NCBI GenBank assembly: GCA_040756235.1
Contig: JBFLZG010000080.1
Span: 20,892-84,891, forward strand
Direction of reading: 5' to 3'
DNA length: 64,000 nucleotides
Source of the DNA: a bacterium
GTDB lineage: Bacteria > Desulfobacterota > DSWW01
The position numbers and the translations under genes are program-made. This document shows positions 59,225 through 64,000 of this stretch, in pieces (within the stretch, counting starts at the first letter, position 1; every line of letters starts with the position of its first letter). The notes beneath the pieces were generated by a model. That model was given only the letters and a program-made list of their open reading frames with translations, did not search any database and was not told the DNA's origin.

Positions 59225-60213
59225 GGCGTCTCCCCAGTTTCCGCCCTGCCCCGGAGCAGGGCATCCGGGTTGCGATCCAGGTAGTCGGCCAGGGAATGGA
59301 CCGAGCGCGCCGCTCCGGACAATCGTTCCAGGGCCGTGGCCAATTCGTACATGAGCGGGGACTCAGGCTCCAGGGCGCTGTTGAGCCCGGCGAAGGCCGT
59401 CTTCGCCTCGTTCAAGGCAGCCCTGGCCTCGTTCAAGGCAGCCTCGGCGCTCTGGGAAGTGGCGAGCAGACTCTTGCTCACCGGGGCGATGTTGCCGTTC
59501 ACCGAATCCGTCACCTGCCTGAGGCCGATCGCCGCCTGGTTCAGGCTCTCGATGACCTTGTTGACGGAAGCGACGGTCCGGTTGAGCTCCGGAGCGTTGA
59601 CGAACCGGTCCACGCCGGCCGCGGCATTCGAGAGGGACCGCATCATGCCTGCAAAGTCGATCGTCTCGAGCCTGTCGAGCAGCCGGGCAACCCCGCTCTG
59701 CATCTCCTCCAGCGGCGTGGGCAGGGTGGGGATCTCCGGCACCTTGACCTGCGGGTCCGCGACCAGCCGGGCCGGACTTCCCGGAAACAGATCGAGTTTC
59801 ACGTAGCGCACCCCGGTCACCAGGCTCTCCATCCCGATCTGCCCGCGGAGCCCTTGCTCGATCATCGCCTGGAGAACGGCAGGATCGTCCAGCCGGGTGG
59901 TCCGGGCTCCCCTCTGACGAATGCGATCTTCGTCCAGATCGATCATCACGGGGATCTTGAGTTCGAGCGTCGAGGGCCCGCCCTCCTCCCCGATGCGCAG
60001 CCTGATGTCGGTCACGGCGCCGATTTCGACCCCCCGGAACTTGACCGGGGCGCCGACCTTGAGCCCGTTCAGATCGCCGGTGAAATACAGGATGAACGGG
60101 TACGTCTTGCTGAACAGCCGGCCCACCCCGAGGATCGCCACGGCCAGCACGGCGATGGAGACGGCGCCGACGATGAATGCTCCGACCAGCGCAGGGCTCG
60201 CCTTCTTGCTCAT
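59221..60213 (-). CDS. MCE/MlaD-family protein (PqiB-like, single MCE domain + helical tail)
   Basis: VGAFIVG TM, GLKVGAPVKFRGVEIG.V, SLVTG, L..NP.ALLRG. Confidence 0.9.
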   Translation of the reverse strand: MSKKASPALVGAFIVGAVSIAVLAVAILGVGRLFSKTYPFILYFTGDLNGLKVGAPVKFRGVEIGAVTDIRLRIGEEGGPSTLELKIPVMIDLDEDRIRQRGARTTRLDDPAVLQAMIEQGLRGQIGMESLVTGVRYVKLDLFPGSPARLVADPQVKVPEIPTLPTPLEEMQSGVARLLDRLETIDFAGMMRSLSNAAAGVDRFVNAPELNRTVASVNKVIESLNQAAIGLRQVTDSVNGNIAPVSKSLLATSQSAEAALNEARAALNEAKTAFAGLNSALEPESPLMYELATALERLSGAARSVHSLADYLDRNPDALLRGRAETGETP

Positions 60214-61061
60214 GAGCGCGCTCCTCCGTTCGGTCTCCCGCGGGCGAGAAAGCTGCGCACCTTGGGATCGTCACAGTGCGCGGCAAGCTCCCTGGGGTCC
60301 CCGCCTGCGACCATCGTCCGCGTCTCGGGGTCGAGAAAGATGCTGTTGTTGCCGATGGCAAAGATGCTCGCCAGCTCGTGGCTCACCACGACCACGGTGG
60401 CGCCGAGGCTGTCGCGCAGCTCGAGGATGAGCCGGTCGAGGAGGTGGGAGCTGATCGGATCGAGCCCGGCCGAGGGCTCGTCGAAGAACAGCACCTCCGG
60501 GTCGAAGGCCATGGCCCGGGCGAGCCCGGCCCGCTTCTGCATCCCGCCGCTGATCTGCGCAGGGTAGTAATCCTCGAACCCCTTGAGCCCCACGAGCGCG
60601 AGCTTGAGCGAGGCGACCTCGCGGATCTCGGCCGGGCTCAGGTCCGTGAACTCGCCCAGGGGCAGGCCGACGTTCTCGGCCAGGGTCATCGAGCTCCACA
60701 GGGCGCCGCTCTGGTAGAGCACCCCGAAGCGGCGCAGCATCTGCTCCCGGCGCTCCGGGGGAGCGCGGGTGAAGCTCTCCCGGCCGTACCAGATCTCGCC
60801 CGTGGCGGGCTCCTTCAGGCCGATCAGGTGTCGCAGCAGCGTGCTCTTGCCGCAGCCGCTGCCTCCCATGATGATGAACACGTCCCCTTCCCGAACGGCG
60901 AACGTGAGGTCGCGCATCAGGACGAAGCTGCCGTACGCCATGGTCAGGTTGCGCACGGTGATCTTCGCGGACGGATCGGTGGAAGCGCCCGGGCTCGCCG
61001 CGGCGCCGGCAGGCGCGTGAAGCGGCCCGTCACCTCTTGCGTTCGTCTCTCCTTCCCGCAC
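60210..61061 (-). CDS. MlaF-like ABC ATPase
   Basis: GGSGCGKS, ISGGMQKR, FFDEP, VSHE. Confidence 0.93.
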   Translation of the reverse strand: MREGETNARGDGPLHAPAGAAASPGASTDPSAKITVRNLTMAYGSFVLMRDLTFAVREGDVFIIMGGSGCGKSTLLRHLIGLKEPATGEIWYGRESFTRAPPERREQMLRRFGVLYQSGALWSSMTLAENVGLPLGEFTDLSPAEIREVASLKLALVGLKGFEDYYPAQISGGMQKRAGLARAMAFDPEVLFFDEPSAGLDPISSHLLDRLILELRDSLGATVVVVSHELASIFAIGNNSIFLDPETRTMVAGGDPRELAAHCDDPKVRSFLARGRPNGGARS

Positions 61062-61071
61062 CCCGCACCCC

Positions 61072-62217
61072 TCAAATGCCGAGCAGGTAGAACAGCACCG
61101 CGAAAACTCCGCAGGCGCTGATGATCAGAACGATGCTGGTGACGACCGCGGCGGTGGTCGCCTCGCCGACCGCTGAAGAGCTGCCGCCCGACTGCATCCC
61201 TCGATGACATCCCGAGATCGCGATGAGGGCTCCGTAAACGGAGGCCTTGAAGACCCCGCCGACAAGGTCCACGAGACGGAGGGATTCCGCGGTCTGGCGG
61301 AAGTAGGTGGTCACCGAAAGGTCGAGCATGCCGATGCCGACGGCCGCCCCGCCCAGAATTCCCACGAAATCCGCATACAGGCAGAGCAGCGGCATCATGA
61401 GAAAGAGCGCGACGAGGCGGGGCAGCACCAGGAACTCCATGGGCGCGATCCCCATCGTGGCGAGGGCGTCGATCTCCTGCGTCACCTTCATGCTGCCCAG
61501 CTGGGCCGCATAGGATGCGCCGGTCCGGCCGGCCATGACGATGGCCGTCATGACCGCCCCCATCTCCCGCACCATGGCGATGCAGACCAGGTCGGCGACG
61601 TACAGGGCCGCGCCGAACTGCTGCAGCTGGACCGCACCCACGAAGGCGAGGATCAGCCCCAGGAGAAAGCTGATGAGCGTCACGATCGGCAGCGCCTCGG
61701 CCCCGGCCTGCTGGATCAGCACGAGCAGGTCCGAGCGCCGGTAGCGCGCCCGCAGACCCAGGAGCTTCACCACGGCCAGCGCCGCCTCGCCCAGGAAGGC
61801 GAGCATGTCCCTGAGCGCGTCCCGCTCGGAAAGCGTGGCCCTGCCGATCCTCTCCAGGATGGAGGCCTCGATCTCCTGCCTGCGGGCATCGCTCTTCTCC
61901 GGCACCGCCTCCGACAGCTCGAGCAGCCTCCGCACCCCGGCCGGAAGCCCCGCCCGCTCGGTCGCGATCTGCTGTTCTCTGCACAGGTCCGCCACACGGT
62001 TCAGAAAGGTCAGCAGCACGGTGTCCCAATCGGCCAGGCCGGCCGCATCGAAGGCGACCGCGCGCGGCGGGTCGCCGCGGATCTCCTCTGCAATGGGGCG
62101 GGCCGACGGCAGAGCTTTTGCCATGCGCCAGGAGCCTTCCAGCCGGACCAGAAGGGTCCGGTCGGCCTTGCGGACTACCTGGAACGCGCACGTTTGCGTC
62201 GGTCCTTCGCTCGCCAC
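61072..62217 (-). CDS. MlaE-like ABC permease with N-terminal STAS-like domain
   Basis: REMGAVMTAIVMAGRTG, LGSMKV.QEIDAL, VLPR, VGEATT.AVV. Confidence 0.9.
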   Translation of the reverse strand: MASEGPTQTCAFQVVRKADRTLLVRLEGSWRMAKALPSARPIAEEIRGDPPRAVAFDAAGLADWDTVLLTFLNRVADLCREQQIATERAGLPAGVRRLLELSEAVPEKSDARRQEIEASILERIGRATLSERDALRDMLAFLGEAALAVVKLLGLRARYRRSDLLVLIQQAGAEALPIVTLISFLLGLILAFVGAVQLQQFGAALYVADLVCIAMVREMGAVMTAIVMAGRTGASYAAQLGSMKVTQEIDALATMGIAPMEFLVLPRLVALFLMMPLLCLYADFVGILGGAAVGIGMLDLSVTTYFRQTAESLRLVDLVGGVFKASVYGALIAISGCHRGMQSGGSSSAVGEATTAAVVTSIVLIISACGVFAVLFYLLGI

Positions 62218-62287
62218 GACTGCTCCCCGCCCTCACCGACGGTCTGTTCGGCCTGTCCGGCGGCATGGCCGGTCGGCGCCAAACGGC

Positions 62288-62725
62288 TCACTTCTCGCAA
62301 GTGCAAGGGCCGAATATCACAAAGCCGACCTCGTCTCCGGAGACGCTGAGAACCATCTTGCCCGAGTCGGCCGAAATCGCCATGGTCCAGCCGATACCCC
62401 CCTTCCTTCCCTCCACCGCGCTTTCGGCTCCTTGCAGGACCAGCTTGCCGTCCATCCGGCCCACGCGCTCGAACGCGGCCGAGCGCTCGAGGCCGTCAGT
62501 GCGCACCCCTACGATCCGCTTTTCCTTGAACTTCACCCGGAAGAAAGACGCCAGGTCGATCTCCTCGGCTCGTATCTGCTTGCAGGCCTCGCCGATCTCG
62601 CACTCCATGATCTGAACGGGTGCACAGATCAAGTCCCGGGTCCCGTCGAACCCTCCGGCCACGGCGCCTCGCGAAGCGAGGACCGCAGCCAGAACCACAA
62701 GCGCTGCCGCTGCTGTCGCTTTCAT
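62288..62725 (-). CDS. Secreted Cys-containing hypothetical protein
   Basis: Signal peptide; LICA...EC...C and C-terminal FGPC; GGGGAGG RBS. Confidence 0.7.
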   Translation of the reverse strand: MKATAAAALVVLAAVLASRGAVAGGFDGTRDLICAPVQIMECEIGEACKQIRAEEIDLASFFRVKFKEKRIVGVRTDGLERSAAFERVGRMDGKLVLQGAESAVEGRKGGIGWTMAISADSGKMVLSVSGDEVGFVIFGPCTCEK

Positions 62726-62756
62726 GGCATTCCTCCCCGCGGTCGATCTCTACTTG

Positions 62757-62804
62757 AGAGGCAGTCCCGAAACGCCCATATCGAGCCTGTCGGGACACGC
62801 TCTA
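62757..62804. mobile_element. Internally deleted miniature of the family B element
   Basis: gaggcagtcccgaaacgcccat joined directly to atcgagcctgtcgggacacgctcta, i.e. the two ends of the 58330-58519 copy. Confidence 0.6.
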
Positions 62805-63299
62805 CTTCACCGTATACCCCTTTCCTTCCAGGCAGGCGGTGTAGGCGCGGTTGTAAAGCTGCCGCTTCTGCTCGTACTGCTGCGCCTGCTGACAGGCCCA
62901 TTGTTCCTGCTCCTCGCGGTCTCGCATCCGCGCCCTGCTGCTTCTCATCCCGCCCATGAGACCGCCGGTGGCGGCTCCGATGGCCGCACCCTTGCCCGCG
63001 TCCCCGGCAATGGCCCCGCCGATGGCGCCCAGGGCAGCCCCGCCCGCGGCTCCGCCCACCGCGCCGCCGGCCACACTCCGGTGTCCCTCCTGCGGCGGCG
63101 GGGTCGTGGCCGTGGGAGGCTGCATGGGATCGAATCCGGTTTGCTGCCTGGCCCAATTGTAACACTCGAACTTGTCCTTCTCGGTCTGTTCCTGGCTTTG
63201 TCCCTTGCTCGGGTAAATGAAGAGCTCCTGGGCCGCGGCATTCCCCACGATCAGCACGCATGCCAGTAGTGCCGCCATGAGTCGAACCCGTTCGTTCAT
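62802..63299 (-). CDS. Secreted glycine-zipper (YMGG-like) protein
   Basis: Signal peptide; IYPSKGQS.EQ..KD..EC; GAAGGAALGAIGG zipper; ACLEGKGYTVK. Confidence 0.85.
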   Translation of the reverse strand: MNERVRLMAALLACVLIVGNAAAQELFIYPSKGQSQEQTEKDKFECYNWARQQTGFDPMQPPTATTPPPQEGHRSVAGGAVGGAAGGAALGAIGGAIAGDAGKGAAIGAATGGLMGGMRSSRARMRDREEQEQWACQQAQQYEQKRQLYNRAYTACLEGKGYTVK

Positions 63300-63862
63300 C
63301 TTCCTCCCTCCTCTCTCATGTCGCATCGCTGTTTCTTCCGGTGCGAACCGAACTGCGAAACGAGGGCCTCCAGGCCCGGTTCCAGGCATGTGCCCGTATT
63401 CATCCGTTGTCTCGCTTCGAGGAGGCGCGATGCCGGCACGGCCAGCGCCCGGGGACCGGCAGCACACAGGGCAGGGCCGACAGCGATCCGGGCCTGGCTC
63501 GAAGCTCTCTTCCGTATCATGATCGTAACCGCGTTGGCGTCTGCCAGGGGCCAGCAGTAAGGGATGTCTGCGGCGCGGCCGCGAATTGGATGGTCACGGC
63601 TCCCGTGCGAGGCGCTCTTGCCGCACTGCAGGTTGACGCACGCCCTCATAGCACATCGGACGCATCGGAGCAAGGAGCGCGGGGATTCTAAAATAGTTCT
63701 GGCGCAGGATGTCGGTCTCCTCTGCCGAGCTGCGGCAAACCCTTTCCGCCGCCTTGAGCTTTGAGCGAAGTTGGAATATGTTTGTACGCACCGGAAAGCC
63801 TGCGCCCGGAAAGCTCCGGGGAGGCGGATTCGATCGACAGGTGACGCATGGTCACCGCTACA

Positions 63863-64000
63863 TAGAGCCTGTCCCAACAGGCTCGATTTGGAGGCTGTTC
63901 AAAAATGCCCAGATGCAAGGCGCACGAAATCCTGAGGAATGAGGCGTACATGGAAGTACGCCGCAGTGACGAAGGATGAGTGCAACGCCGCAGATGGGCG
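63863..64000. mobile_element. MITE-like family B copy, cut by the window end
   Basis: tagagcctgtcccaacaggctcgat + gaggctgttcaaaaatgcccagatgcaaggcgc...gcagatgggcg. Confidence 0.8.

Noticed and set aside
63300..63860. Long non-coding leader examined for a c-di-GMP riboswitch or sRNA
   Set aside because: I could not match a GEMM or other consensus by eye, and the short ORFs look spurious.

Overview
GC-rich bacterial window, most likely a deltaproteobacterium (Desulfobacterota/Syntrophobacter-like; inferred from gene content only), with about 45 credible CDS. Housekeeping genes: proS, an rlmB-like methyltransferase, pabA/pabB/pabC, queD and an archaeal-type glyA. Other content: a complete group IIC intron (10606-12541, minus) inserted just after the comEA terminator; a convergent carboxylate uptake/activation locus (OFA-type MFS -> <- DcaP-like porin <- acs) in which both units carry a sigma-54 promoter and share a two-box upstream motif; dispersed lysine-acetylation components (CoA-transferase-GNAT fusion, a probable divergent GNAT, an AcuC-like deacetylase in an operon with a Cache-domain kinase); a ~1900-aa polytopic-membrane + GH94 protein coupled to opgG; a GH3 lipoprotein; an RND pump; and an Mla/Pqi-like ABC system. 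Intergenic DNA is full of several small palindromic repeat families, including a MITE-like element that repeatedly sits at stop codons. I saw no CRISPR array, tRNA or rRNA. Best candidates for undescribed systems: (1) the membrane-GH94/OpgG periplasmic glucan module and (2) the sigma-54/acetylation acetate-control circuit. All family assignments come from motif recognition by eye; no searches were run.
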